Origin: Hypanus sabinus
Taxonomy: Eukaryota
Length of the DNA: 64,000 bases
Direction of reading: 5' to 3'
Assembly (NCBI RefSeq): GCF_030144855.1
Contig: NC_082714.1
Span: 94,426,001-94,490,000 of the forward strand
Shown here: in pieces, positions 50,499 through 64,000 of the stretch
Numbering within the stretch: the stretch's first letter is position 1
How the letters are laid out: every line of letters starts with the position of its first letter
Position numbers and translations under genes: made by a program
The notes under the pieces: generated by a model
Seen by the model: only the letters and a program-made list of their open reading frames with translations
Told to the model about the DNA's origin: nothing
Databases searched by the model: none

Positions 50499-53400
50499 GT
50501 AATTATCATGATTGAGTGGGAATGGGAAACAGTGGTATTTTAATAGAGAATCGTGGAACACTACAGTACAGAAACCTGCCTTTTGGCCCCTATTAGTCTG
50601 TGCCGAACTACTAGTCTGCCAAGTCCCCTGGATCCGCACCCGGAGCATAACCCTCCATACCCCTCCTATCCAAATAAATATCCGAATTTCTCTTAACAGT
50701 TAAAATCAAACCCACATTATTCCAGACTCTCACCACCCTCTTAATAACCTATCACACTTAACCCATGACCTCTCGTTCTTGTTTCATCCGGCTTCAGTTG
50801 AAAAAGTTTAAACGCCAGTGGTTTGCTTAGCACAGGAAATGAGTATATAACGGATTGTTCTATTCTAGTTTTTCTGTACTTCTGTCGCACATTTAGAAAT
50901 AGTTCAGTATCCTGTTATGAGATGGGGTTCAGTAGAATTAAGTTACAATGAAAAATATCAGAATTTGCTGGAAATTATATTCCAATTTCAGTTTATCATT
51001 TCCACCCCTAACACTTACTCGGATTAACAGGGTTACGTTAAGTTACAGTATTCCTGCAGAGGGGGCAACCAATTCAACCCTGCAGCTCAAACTGGTGTTT
51101 GTGAACCACCTGAGATTCTTTCTCCAGCACTACTTCAACTGATTTCTTCTTACTGTCATTTTCACCTTCTTTGTGAACGAGTCTCTCATCTCCTCACCGC
51201 ACAGAAGAAGGCCTCTCTGTCCATCTTTGCCTCATCCTTCTGTTATTATTCTTAATATTTCCCCATGAGAACAAATTCTTCATTTTGGTTGCTCAAAATT
51301 ACGTTTTTCAATCGAACATTTTCGTAACCATTTCATGTTTTCTCCGTACTCGGGTCTTGCCAATCAAACATACTTCATAATCAAATAGAGTACAATCAGG
51401 ACACTCCTTTATGGTGACATAGAATTCTGTTCAATCTTTCCTCATGTCCCGACGGACGCAGATTCTAGCTCGTCGACCCTTCGTCGTATTCCTTCTCCAT
51501 CTTATTTCAGTATGCTCGAATCTTTTTGAAAAGAGATTTCCGAACATTTCAAAACTCGTGAAACTCAAGGCTCTGATTCTGAGCTTGGTAATAAACACTT
51601 TAATTTTATTTCCTGGATATTTCCTTATACACCTGGCAATCCCTACACTTGGCTTTGTTATCACCGTACTTTTCCTGGCTACTTCACGAAGTGTCTGAGG
51701 TGTCCTTATCATGCACATCAAACACAGTGCTATCTAATGTTTCTCAAAAAAAGTGGAAAGAAGCGATAAGCCAATGGGCTGATGGTCGCTGAGCGCTGAC
51801 AAGATGGAGAGAATGCTGAACAGTAGTCAAAGAAAAATATACACTGCTGATCGGGTATTCCTCTGATTAGTGGTAGAACGTAGAACACAGTGCCTTTGAC
51901 CCATGATGGTGTGCTGATCATTTATTCTATTCTAACCCTTACCTCTTACATGACCCTACACTTTCAAGGATATATGTGTATATCTATGTGTTTCTTAACT
52001 GCCTCTAATTATCTGCCTCTGCCACGAACTCTGGCAGCGCGTTCCACACACCCTTCACTCTCTGCAAAAAAAATGTCTCTGAACATTTTTCCAATGGCGT
52101 TAAAATTATACCCCCTCGATAGGTTGACACTGCTTCGTTCCAACATAAGCTGGAGACTTTGCAATTGTTAAGATTGTAGACAATGTGGTGGGTAAATGAA
52201 GTGAAACCCTGTTTAAGGGCACTAGTTTCTTCTCCCGTGCCTGGCACTATTCCGAGGCGATTGTATCTTTCAGTGCTGTGTGGGCTGTTGGACTCCATAG
52301 CATCAATCCACCTACATATTGTATCCATCTATTTAACACTACCTCATAGTACTCGACGATTTTACTCTTTTAGCACCAGTTTGTTTGTTAAACCATTTTA
52401 AAATCGATTCATTACGGAGACCTATATATGTTTATGTTTTAATTATACTGCTGCCAGAAAAGCACAAATTGCACGACGGTGTTTTTGATTTTAAACCTGG
52501 TTTCTATTCCAATTACACGCCCGTTTTTCTCCCTCTCAGTCTCTCTTTTTATACGTAGACGGACACACAAGTCTTTCAGAAATATTTATAATTCATAATC
52601 TGGATTTGGGGGCATTATAATTTGCTGCCGACTACTTACAGTACGAACTTCCTTTGTGAATATATTGTTAGAATCTGAAATTCTCGAATCAATGATTTTC
52701 AAACATATAAAAATAAACAGTTATTTTCTCTTATCGATGCCCTGTCGGTTAGTCAGGTAACTAATGAGTTCTATCTCCCTATACGTTCTTCTTTCCGTTG
52801 TTGTCCATTTCTGTGGTCGTTCAGTGTGAGATCTAACGTTAACATTTATATTTCTTTTTCCATGTCAGACAGCAAGAGCGGCAGATGAGCTTTGCAGAAG
52901 TGAGACCACTCGCAGCAGGAAATGAATTACGAATAGTTTATTTTTGTAGAGAAATACTGAGAAAGTAGAAGAACACAATACAGCACAGACACATATACAT
53001 CCGCCCACAATGTTTCGCCCAGCTATTGCTTTTAAAGCTACTAAACTATTTCGTTTAGACTACACAGGTCCACGTTCCTCCATTATCTGAACATCGTTGT
53101 GTTCCATATGCGACAGAGCAAATCTTTCGTTTTCTGGGATATTCTGGGATAGCTATTGCAAAGAGTTTTAAAGCAGGGAAACAGGTTTTTAGGCCCATCC
53201 TGTCATGCTGATTTTGATGCATCTTTGGGCTCGTCTTCTTTGCCTGCAATTGGCCAATGTCCTTCTAAACATTTGCTATGCACGTTCCTGTTGTGAATGG
53301 TGTAATTCTGACACCCTCTACCACTTCATGTGGCAGCTCATTCTATGTACTTTATCAAACGTCCTTTGTTGAAAAAATGACCTCCTCTTCAAATCTCTCC

Positions 53401-54269
53401 TTTTTCACTTTGAACCCACAGTCTCGCTTTACTCTCCTGTACCCTGGGAAAAGGACATGACCGCCTACTTTATCCATATCACTGAGGATGTTACGATGCT
53501 CCGCAGGATGGCGCTTCAGAGAGAACATTTCAAATGTCTTCTTTTAACTCAGGCCCTTCAGTACCGGTTATATTCTTATGAATATTTTATGCAGTCCCTC
53601 CACTAAATTAAATCATTTCTATGATACGGCAACCGTAATTGCCTTACTTTTCCAGCTGTGGCCTCACCACTAAATTGTACGCCATGCCCCACCTGCTAAA
53701 CGCAAACTTGTCTTTTTTTCACCCATCTGTCCCTCTGATTCAGCAGGTCATATAAACCGTTCACAAACGTCAGCAGATACAAGCTGAGGAATATTCTGAC
53801 TGCTTCCATTATCGCCTGGCATAGACATCAATTCCCTTGAACGGAAAAACCTACAAAATGTATTGGGCAAAGCCAAGTCTATCACAGGTAAAACCACCCC
53901 CACTGTTGAAGTCAACTACAAGGAATGCAGTTCGAGGTCAAGGACCCCACAATCCAGGCCATGTTCATATTTTATCGCAGTTGCCATGACGAGGAGGTGC
54001 AGCGTCTTTAGATCCTACACCTCCAGGCTCATGAACAGTTATTACCATCAGCATTATACGTTTGGATGTCAACACCGAACGGATTTCACAACCTTTGAAC
54101 TCGCAACTCCACCACTCAAGGACTCCAAAAGTTAATGTGTCAGTATTTATTCATTTTCCTTTTTTGTATGGAACGATTTACTGTATCACTCACGTTGATT
54201 GTCTTCCATTGTCTGCAAATTGAGATTGTTTCTATTGTATTTATTTTATTTCGACTATAAGACCATAAG

Positions 54270-54860
54270 ACATGGGATTCGAATTTGGCCATCTGGTACA
54301 TCGAGACTGCTCCGCCATTCAATCATGGCTGATTTTTTTCCCATTTCCTCCTGAACCCATTCGCGGCCCTTTCCCCGTAACCTTTGATGCCATGTCCAAA
54401 CAAGAATCTATCAATCTCTGCATTAAGTACACCCAACGACCTGGCGTTGCATGTTGTAACAAATTCCATAAATTCACCACCCTTTGGCTATAGAAATTTC
54501 TCCGCAGCTCTGTTTGAAAAGGGCGACCCTCTATCCTGAGGCTGTGTCCTCTTGACCTAGATTCTCCAAACATGGGGATTTCTTTTTCAAATCTACTCCG
54601 TCTAGGCCTTTCAAATTTCGAAAGTTTTCAATGAATTCCCCCATCATTCTTCTGAATTCTAGCGAGTACAGTCCCAGAGCCATCAAACGTTGCTCCTAAG
54701 ATAACCCTTTCATTCCGGCAATCATGCTTGTGAACCTCCTCTGCACCCTCTCTAATGCCAGAACATCTGTTCTCAGATGAGGGGCCCAAAACTGTTCACA
54801 GTACTCGAGGTCAGATCTCAACAGTGCCGTATAAAGCCTGAGCATCGCATCCTTGCTGCG
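54270..54860 (-). mobile_element. CR1 LINE 3' fragment
   Basis: Minus ORFs LRLYTALLRSDLEYCEQFWAPHLRTDVLALERVQRRFT and FYSQRVVNLWN. Confidence 0.88.
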
Positions 54861-57179
54861 AATGGCCGGGTGATACTCAATCTCAGGGTAGTACATAGCT
54901 ACATATAGTACTTTGTTAATAAATTTATTTTAAACTTACTTCGTATTTGAAACTATGTGAACATATTTATATAATTATGACTTTCCTTTCCGTGTCTCAT
55001 TATTCTGCAACGGCCCTCTGCGCCCTGTCATTTACCGTGTAAGTCCTGCCCTGGTTTAATTTTTCGAGAACAAAAAAAAATGCATGTCAAAAAATAATCA
55101 TTACGGACACTACCATTACGGACAGCTACATTTTCAGAACTCTCCTTTTTGAAAAGCGCTACGTGTTTTTTAAAACAAACTGCTCATAACATCTTAAAAG
55201 TCCTCGCTCCCCAGTATTTTATTTAATCAAGCGTTAGAATTAGCCCTCGTCCCCTCTTTCTGTTACCCCTGCAGCATTTGCGTTGCAGCACTTTAAATAA
55301 CTTCCTATAATGCTATTTACATAGTAAGCACGTACTGGTATTTATACATTTATGCACCGTTTATTCAATATCTTTACGTTATATTTTATTTGAATGTAAT
55401 GCTTTATTCTGCATAACCGTTGAAAGTTGTCGTCTTTTGTTGCATGTCTCGCCAATACATCAAAGCACATTCCTAATACGTGTAACTGTAGATAGCAAAT
55501 TCAATTCAGCCCAAATCCGTTCCAATAGGCAGGACATCACCCTTTTCATATTTAAATCATCTGTCATCTTTGCCCACCTTCCCAGGTGTTCTCGTTCCTG
55601 TTGCAGCTCTAGACAACCTGCTTCACTCTACCATACTGCAATATTTACCATTATGCATGCATTTATTAATCATGCCACCTACGTATCAAATCATTGGTAT
55701 GACGAACACCAATGGACCCAGAGATGATGCTTGTTGCAGGACACCGGTGATCGATCTCCAGTTTCAATAACAGCTGTTTGCGAATACTTCCGCCAAGCCA
55801 ATTTCGGAATTGTCTCCAGTTGGCCATTTCATTCTGGACCCTTCAAGATTTCACCGTTCAAGTGGTAGAGGGTGTCAGAATTACACCATTCAGAAAATGA
55901 ACGTGCATAGCAAATGTTTAGAAGAAACATTTAGAAGAAGCAGAAAGTGGAGGCGGGGGGAAGCTATGGATGCTGATGGCATTCCGTTGGACAGAATGAT
56001 TCTTCACGAATCAAATGGCGACTACAGTTGCCAAGTTTATTTGCCAGAAAAAAGGTCCAATTTAACTGAAGAATTTTAAATGGATTATAAAAATTCCAGA
56101 GTGGGCGGAGTGAAAGCACCTGCTCTGGCAGTGGTAACGCAGAATAACATTGGATCCGGGGTCAAACGTTACGTAATGGTGCTACCACGTACTTTAATAC
56201 TCAATTATTGCACCTCCAGCATTTTTCACTACCGAGGTTGTACGCCAAACTAATCAGAATCAGAATCAGGTTTAATAACACCACGGCATATGTCTTGATA
56301 ATAGTTTTTCTGTGGCAGTTGTAAAGTGCAATAATTTTGTAAAAAATATACATTTCAATAAAATATGATCGACAATTAATTTAAACAAGCAGTTTAGAAA
56401 GACAGCAAAACGGTGAAGTAGCATTCATGTGTTGGCTCATTATCCGTTCAGGCGTCTAATGGAGGTGGTGATGAAACTGTTCTTAAAAGGTAGAGTGTGT
56501 GTCGTTGGTTGCTGTACCTCCTCCCGTCTTGTAGCAATGTAACAAGGGCTTGTTCCAGTGGTGGAAACTATAAATGATGGATGACGACTTAAAGGCAACC
56601 CCTTTACTTTTGCCCTCATCTTTGTATTTATTTCTGTATTTAATATAATCATGTATACTGTTTGCTCCCTGAGTTTCATGCGCACAAAGAAATACATTGC
56701 ATCCTGGTGTATACGATACAAATCCAATCCAGTCTACAATTATTTTACATTCTTCAATTATTTCCTGTACTTACCAGTATTTTATACTGAATCATTAGGC
56801 GATCCAGATTGCTGTGTACCCCAGAGATTCTCAGTCTCTGAACCTGTGCCTCACTTTTTTCGTTGATATATTTTGCCTAAATAGCCGGTTTCACATTTAC
56901 TCGTTCTACATTACATTTTTCAGTTATTTATCCACCTGCTTAAACTACCTTTAACAGCGTTGACCTCATTATGGATCTATTAAACCTATTTTGGTAAATG
57001 TCTTCATGCCCCCATCAAGTTCTGAAGCCTTTATCCAGATTATTTTCTATTAATTGTAATAAGTTGATGTTCCAATATCAATCATCATGACATCATATTC
57101 GTTACAGTTATTATTTTAACAGCATTAAAAGCATTTCTACTTCTCAGTATTAACAACTTAACCTCCTTTCGAAAACACT

Positions 57180-58330
57180 ACGGTCTGATGTTATTATCCC
57201 GAGGATAATACTTAAACAAACCAGAATATATCTCCTCCCAACCTGTAAAAATGCCATCCCTTTTCTCAGTTCCTTCTCTCCGCCGCATCTGCTCTAAGAA
57301 TGAGGCTTTCCATTCTAGAACTAATGATATTTCCTCCTTCTGCAAAATTTCCTTCGTCCCCTGTCAACGCAGTCCTCAGTCGCATCTCTTTCACTTTGCG
57401 CATCTTTGCCCTCGCCCAATCCTTCCGCCACTCACCAGAGATAGTTCTTCTTCTCCACTGGCCTCAATATCCTGCACATAATTCCCGCTATCTCAAACGG
57501 AATGCCATCAGCATCCATAGCTTCCCCCCGTCTCCACTTTCCGCTTCCCGAAGGAATTGGGACTCCCTTGTCTATCCGTCCCACCTTACTGTTTTCCCTC
57601 CTAGTACTTACCCTTGCAAATGAAACAAGCGCAATACCTGCCCGTACATCGCATCCCACTAACATTCAAGCAATATGTAGTCCTTCCAGGTGAGGCAAAA
57701 TTTCCCCAGCAAGTCTGTTAGGGTAATCTGCTACATCCAGTGCTCCCTGTGTGCCCTCCTGTATATCGGTGAGACTCAACGTACATTCGGAGAGCTCTTT
57801 GCCGGGTATCTGCAAAATGTCTGCCAGTAAGTGCGGGATCACCGGGTAGCCCCCCATTTCAATACCACTTCCCATTCCCATTCGAACATGTTAGTCCATG
57901 GCCTTCTTTACTACCGTGATCAGGTCACACTTGTTTGGGAGGATCGACAGTTTATATTCCGTCTTGAGTAGCCTCCAATCCGATGACGCGAACATCAATT
58001 ACTCTAACCTCCGGTAATTCCACCCCAAACCAACCCCCACCTCACCTATTCACCATTCTCGTCTCCCTTTCTCAATTTATCTCCTTATAAGCTCATCGGT
58101 TCCCCGTGGCGCTGCTGGTCTCCCACCTCCCAACCACGCTTCCTTCCATGGCCTTTGACCTTCTGCTATCAGTTTCGAGCTATTCCAGTATTTATCACGT
58201 TCACCAATCAAATTCCCAGCTCTTTACTTCAACCCACTCCTCTCCCATTTCAACAGTCAACTCTGACCTCGTACATCTTCCTACCCTCTCCCCACCTTCT
58301 TGCTCTGACTTCTCATCCTTTTTCCTGGTT
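57180..58330 (+). mobile_element. Degenerate Penelope-like element (RT C-terminus and GIY-YIG endonuclease)
   Basis: gtaatctgctacatccagtgctccctgtgtgccctcctgtatatcggtgagact reads VICYIQCSLCALLYIGET, a GIY-YIG motif. A related minus-strand piece lies at about 55880-56010. Confidence 0.8.
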
Positions 58331-58459
58331 CTGGCCCGACGCGTAGGCAGTTTACGCTTTTCTGTAGAAGCTTTCCTGTCCTGCTGTGTTTCCCCAGCTT
58401 TTTATTGCCAGAATTTAGTAGCACTGTAGAAGTACTGTACTGCAGAATATAGGGTATCA

Positions 58460-60300
58460 TTAAAGGAGCTTAAGAAGTGGCTGAGGAGAGGAAGAAAGGG
58501 ACACGTGCAGGCCTTGGCGAGTAGTGTAAAGGAGAAACCCAAGGCATTCTTCAATTATGTAAAGAACAAAACGATGACAAGAGTGAAGGTAGGACGGATT
58601 AGTCATAAAATTGGGAAGATATGCCTGGAGGCTGTCAAAGTGAGCGAGGTCTTCAATGAATACTTCTCTTCAGTATTTACCAATGAGGAGGAACTTGATG
58701 ACAGTTGGGACAATACGAGTGAGGTTGATGTTCTTGACCATGTAGATATTAAGGGAGAGAAGTTAAAATACGTTAGGACGGATAAGTTCCTGGGGTCTGA
58801 CGGAATATTCCCCAGGCTGGTCCACGAGGCGAGGTAAGAGATTGCTAAGCCACTGGCTAGAATTTTTATGTCCTCGTTATTCACGGGAATGGTACCTCCC
58901 ACCTTTGGAGGGAGGCGACTGTTTTCCCCTTATTCAAAAAATGTAGTAGGGATAGTTTGGGTAATTATAAACCAGTGAGACTTACATCTGTGCTGAGAAA
59001 GCAGTTGTAAAAGATTCTTAGAGATAGGACATGGGCAATTATAGCATCATGGTCTGATCAGGGACAATCAGTATGGATTTGTGAAGGGCACATCGTGTCT
59101 AACAAGCCTGATAGAGATCTTTGAGGAGGTGACCATATCGATGAGGGTAGTGCAGTGGATGTGATCTACATAGATTTTGGTAAGGCATTTGACAAGGTTC
59201 TTCACGGTAAGCTTATTCAGAAATTCAACTAGCTTGGGATCAGGGGAAGTTCGGTCAGGTGGATTTAGAATTGGCTTGCTTGCAGGAAGCAGAGGGACGT
59301 GGTGGAGGGATTGCATTCGGATTAGAGGTTTGTGACTAATGGTGTCCCACAAACATTGGTTCGGGGACATCTACCTTTCGTGATATTTATGAACGTCCAG
59401 GATGTTCGGGTAGAATGGTGGTTTGGCAAGTTTGCAGATGACACAAAGGATGGTGATTTTTTTGGATAATGTAGCGGATTGTCGAAGATTGCAGAGATAC
59501 CTTGATATGATGCAGAAATGAGCTGAGAAGTGGGCAGATGGAGGTCAACCCGGAGAAGTGCGAGAAAGTACACTTTGGAAGGACAAACTGCAAGACGGAG
59601 TACAATGAAAATAGCAGTAAACTTGGTAGTGTCGAGGAACAGAGGGATCTGGGAGGTCATGCCCACAGATCCTTGAAAGTTGTCTCACAGTTAGATACGG
59701 TAGTTAAGAAAGCTTATGCGGTGTTAGCTTTCATAAGTCGAGGGATAGAGTTAAAGAGTCGCGAGGTAATGATGCAGCTGCATAAAACTGGTGAGATCAC
59801 ACTTGGAGTACTGTGTCCAGTTATGGTCGCCTCACTGTAAGAAGGATGTGGAAGCATTGGAAAGGGTACAGAGGAGGTTTACCACAGTGCTGCCTGGTTT
59901 AGAGCGTATGCATTATGATCAGAGATTAAGGTAGCTGGTGCTATACTCTTTGGAAAGAAGGAGGATGAGAGGAGACATGATCGAGGTATACGAGATATTA
60001 AGAGGAATAGATAAATTGGAAAGCCAGCGCCTCTTCCCCAGGGCACCACTGCTCAATACAAGAGGACTCACCTTTAAGGCAAAGGGTGGGAAGTTCAAGG
60101 GGGATGTTAGAGGAAGAGTTTTACTCAGAGAATGGTTGGTGCGTGGAATGCACTGCCTGAGTCAGTAGTGGAGGCAGATACACCAGTGAAATTTAAGAGA
60201 CTACTAGACAGGCATATGGAGGAAATTAAGTTGGAGAAAGGGGTTAAGGGTCGGACGAAGGGCCTGTATTGTGCTGTACTATTCTATGTTCTATGCTCTA
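58460..60300 (+). mobile_element. CR1 LINE, RT region to 3' tail
   Basis: KPKAFFNYVKNK, FADDTK and EVNPEKCEKVHFG; tail ttctatgttctatg at about 60280. Confidence 0.9.
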
Positions 60301-62419
60301 AGAAACTGAAAAGTCCCATTCTGTTCCCGTGATGTTTGACGATGCTCTCCGTTTTCTTTCGCAGTCTACCTAAGCGAGACAGACCTTTACCGTGTGCTCG
60401 ACTGCGAGAGCGCAGGCGTAATAGAGGATTGCGGTATCCAGATATGACAGGTGTGCATTGGTATAAGGCTGTCAGCGACATGCCAACCACACGGTGTTGA
60501 TTTTCTGTGGTCTCTTGGGAGTCATATCCAAGAAGGTGTCAATCCTTTATAAATGATATGTACGTTTTTTCAGGGTGTCTGCGAAATCACGTCCGCTAAA
60601 CAACGGTAAGCAATTTCAAACGTGTCCAGCTGAGAAACTGGAAGTCCTGCCCAATATTGCAGTTTCCGGAATCATCAACTCGTGACATCTCTGAGGCACT
60701 TTTACCTACAATTTTGCAAACCACTGTCCAAGAGAAATTTAATCCCATTTTACAGACGTGGATTATTATGTTTTGCAATATTTTATCCTGATTTATCACT
60801 TCTGGTTAATGGAGTTTTGTTTTCTTTTAACTGATATGATGAATTTAACTCTGTATCTATATAGGCGAATTCCAATTGATCTTTTTCAAGAATTTTAAGA
60901 AAGTATCAGTTACAATGCAATGTAAAACAGTCTAGATAACGAGATAAATGTGTAGTTCGGATTCCACACGTCGCTGTCAGGAAATGCAGAGAACAAGGAC
61001 TGTGGATGACAAATCCAACTATAGGAGAGGAGTCTAGAGAGAGCGACAGGTGAATCACATGAGCTGAGTGGAGATTGGGAGGTGCTTGCACGTGTAGGCT
61101 GCGAGGTGTTAGCTGGGGATTGACGTAATCGTTGCATTTTTACACAGATACAAAGGAACAAATTCACAATAAACAATCAGAGATCGAAAATGAGCAGTTA
61201 AAAATGTAACAGTAATTAACGAGTCAGACGTGAAAATGACTACGTACAATGTCCACTGGCACGTAATATGTAGTAAACCCACGTTTAGAGTTTAAGTTGT
61301 TTATGCAGAATGCATACATCTAGAATAAAGTTCCCGTAATGATGACATGGACAAGTGGGTGTGTTCCAAAGGCTTGTCTAAAACTGTATACCAACCATCT
61401 GCAAGAAAAACTAAAGCTTTGTACTCATTGCTATAATTAAGGAGAGGGTACAGGGGGATGAAGACACACATAAGATTTCAAGATAAGCTTCTTACCCTCA
61501 GCCATCTGATTTGTGAATGGACAATGAGCCCATAACACTACTTATTAGTTTTTGCTCTCCTTTGTACTATTTATTTCATTTAATATTTACAATTACTTCT
61601 TATTGTAATTAATATGTTTATTATGTACTGCATTTTTCTGGTGCCACAAATCAACAAATTTCACGACAGATAATAGCAATATTAAAGCTGATTCTGAGTG
61701 TGAGTTTAAAGACTGGGTTAATTCACGCGTTTAACCCGCTGCTTGAATTGAGGTCGCATTCGGCCAAGGTGCACAGCACAGGATACGTAACTCTCAGACA
61801 ACATATTTTTAAAAATTACTACAAATAACAAAAGTAAAATGAATTCCAGTTGATTGACATTTATCTTTACTTCACCACAAGGTGATCTCAGAAAATAATA
61901 CATAAAATGAACACACAAAATAATATCACAAATAACATAACTAAAAATAAAAAAGATTCCTATTGAATGACATTTATCTCCACCTTATCACTTCACCAGC
62001 GTTTCCAAAATGCTTTGTGATGATGTTTTCCCTCAGCCGAGGCTTGGTGTATTGCTGATGGGACATGAAGAATAATTGAAGATGGAAACCTGGGAAAATC
62101 TGTCGGGGTTGAGTAATTTTCTCCAGGCGGAACGAAGTTATATGATGGGCGTGAGAAGACATTCGGAGTGATCTTTCATTCCCTGCAACTCTCAATATTC
62201 ACAGTAAATTTTAATAGATAGCTCAGCATTAGATGTCAAAGAAACAATTATTCCTACATTCTTCGCCGTTTGGATTGGAGAATTTTACAACGAATTCCAT
62301 AACGCCATTACTAAAATCCTGGTTCTGCTCCCTCCATCTCACGGCTCTATGACTACCGGTAACAGGTACTTCCTAACCACTACTAACATCTTCTAAACCA
62401 GTTAAAATATTCGTTGGTC

Positions 62420-63030
62420 TTCTAACTGCGTTATTTTCAAAATGTTAAAGGGAACTGGAAAGCCGTATATTAACCTTAAACACAGCTCGAGGAATAGTTC
62501 TCGTAAAGGAACGGTATTATTTGATCAGACTACACTTGAACAATTATATACAGTTTTGGTTTTTTTTAAATAGGAAAGGATATGCTGGCATTGGGAAGGA
62601 TCCAGAGAATGTTGGTGAAATTGTTTCCGGGAATGAAAGCGTTAACTTATGAGGGCCGCTTGATACCTAGAGATTAGGAGAATGAGGGCGGATCTCAGTG
62701 AAATGCATTGAATAATGCAAGGCCCAGATGGAGTGGATGTGGAGAAGATGTTTCCAATAGTGGGGAAGTCTTAAGACCAAAGACACAGCCTCAGACTAGA
62801 GTGTTGTCCATTTAGAAGAGAAATGAGGACACATTTCTTTAGCCAGGGTTCGTGAATCTGTGGAATTAATTACCATGGGCAGCTGTGGGGACCACGATTT
62901 TGAGTGTGCTTAAATGGGAGGTTGATTGGTTCTTCATTGGTATGTCAAATGTGACAGAGCGCAGGCAGGAGGATGGCATTGAGAATGATAGTAAATCGGC
63001 CAGGATAGAATGACGCAGCAGTCTCCGTGG
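62420..63030 (+). mobile_element. Degenerate CR1 3' fragment
   Basis: The CR1 C-terminal region is recognisable (gagaagatgtttccaatagtgggg...tttagccagggttcgtgaatctgtggaatt). Confidence 0.75.
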
Positions 63031-63056
63031 GCCGAATAGCATAATTCTGATCTTAT

Positions 63057-64000
63057 TGTCACTAGCGGACATGGAATGGACCCAAATGCAGGGCGCACTC
63101 ACTGAGGTACTAGGGGTAGGACAGAATGTGGATGCCATGGCATGCAAGGGGAAATGAATGTGGGGCTGGATCCCAGAGTTCAGGTGAGGCAGGAGAGCCC
63201 CCTGGGGCGGGCGTATAACTCATGGGCAGGGCCGCCTCCCAGGCAGAAAAAAGAGGCCCGGGCAAGACGCGGAACACTGGGCTGGTGCTGGCACAACCTG
63301 GAGGGAGCAATGGGCGGAAAGGGTCGGAGTCCTCAAGGAGCGCCGCGTGGATCCCGGGCAGGGCCGCCTCCCAGACAGAAGTACGGAGGCCTGGGCAAGG
63401 TGCGGGGCACCACCTATCTGTGGTGAGGGGCAAAGAGAGGACAGAGATACCCCGCCGGGCAACGGCAGACGGCCTGGCTTCCACGTCGGAGGAAAGGGAC
63501 AGGAAGGGACAGAACCACCCGAGGCGAAGCGGCGACGGCCTGTCTTATCCGACGGAGGCAAGGCAACAGAAGGGAGCTGGGTCGCGGGTGAGCAGCAGGA
63601 CAGCCGCGATACACCGTTAAATAAGGAGAAGCAAGCAGACAGCGCACAGCGCGGGCAAGGCGATTAGGCGGAACAGCGGGACCAGCGCACACGAGAGAAG
63701 TAGGAAAACAAGAAGAACCTGGACAGAACTGACACAGAGCAGGCTGGCAACCAGGGCAGTGCAGCATACGGAGCGGGCGAAACAGGTACAGAGCAGGCTA
63801 ATGAGCAGACGAACCAGGTACAGAGCGGGTTAAACCGGCTACGGAGCAGGACTACCCCCAAACTAGGCTCAGTCCACGAGCCCTTTATAAACACCTGCCC
63901 CCAAATAGGTGACAAGTGTACCTCCTTAAGCTAAGATGATCCCATGGCTCCGGGTGACTGGAGGGCTGGCTGCAATGCCCGGAGTCGGAGTCCGGAGGTC
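63057..64000 (-). mobile_element. LTR related to the 34.2-35.4 kb element, running off the window end
   Basis: Starts tgtcac..ggacccaaatgcagg. It shares acggcctggctt.c...cggagg...acaggaagggac and the terminal ccggagt.cggagtcc motifs with 34207-34979. Confidence 0.7.

Noticed and set aside
50528-50576. aacagtg and acagaaacc, RSS-like heptamer and nonamer downstream of the 50-kb V-like relic
   Set aside because: They are 33 nt apart (not 12 or 23) and too far from the putative Cys.
51040-51240. CPLCR (RING-like) on the minus strand, and KASLSIFASS (C-domain-start-like) on the plus strand
   Set aside because: The remaining RING ligands and the C1-set Cys/Trp are absent; short chance matches.
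52870-52960. ELRIV after an acceptor, resembling a GIMAP N-terminus
   Set aside because: No P-loop follows.

Overview
Repeat-rich vertebrate genomic DNA, almost certainly from a cartilaginous fish (probably a batoid; inferred from the immunoglobulin light-chain type and the repeat families). I found no intact host protein-coding gene. The core of the window is a germline-joined (pre-rearranged VJ) immunoglobulin light-chain cluster of the sigma-cart/type I class on the + strand: leader 19788-19836, VJ 19969-20308, C 28414-28745. It is a pseudogene (ATG>ATA, stops, frameshifts). Its J-C intron holds a full-length, recent-looking but disabled Gmr1-type Gypsy LTR retrotransposon (20868-27436; gag-PR-IN-RT-RH order, tRNA-Pro PBS). 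A second, more decayed paralogous VJ lies at 1-84 within a collinear duplicated block that appears to have lost its C exon. Several heavily decayed V-type Ig-like exon candidates lie at about 32, 47, 50 and 60 kb; the one at 50 kb is the most credible, and all are read by eye only. The rest is CR1, Rex/L2-like and Penelope fragments (one palindromic pair carries hammerhead ribozyme cores), an internally deleted chromovirus-like LTR element, microsatellites and three assembly gaps. I cannot claim a new biological system; the best leads are the divergent V-like remnants and the duplication history of the joined VJ genes. Boundaries of old repeats are approximate.
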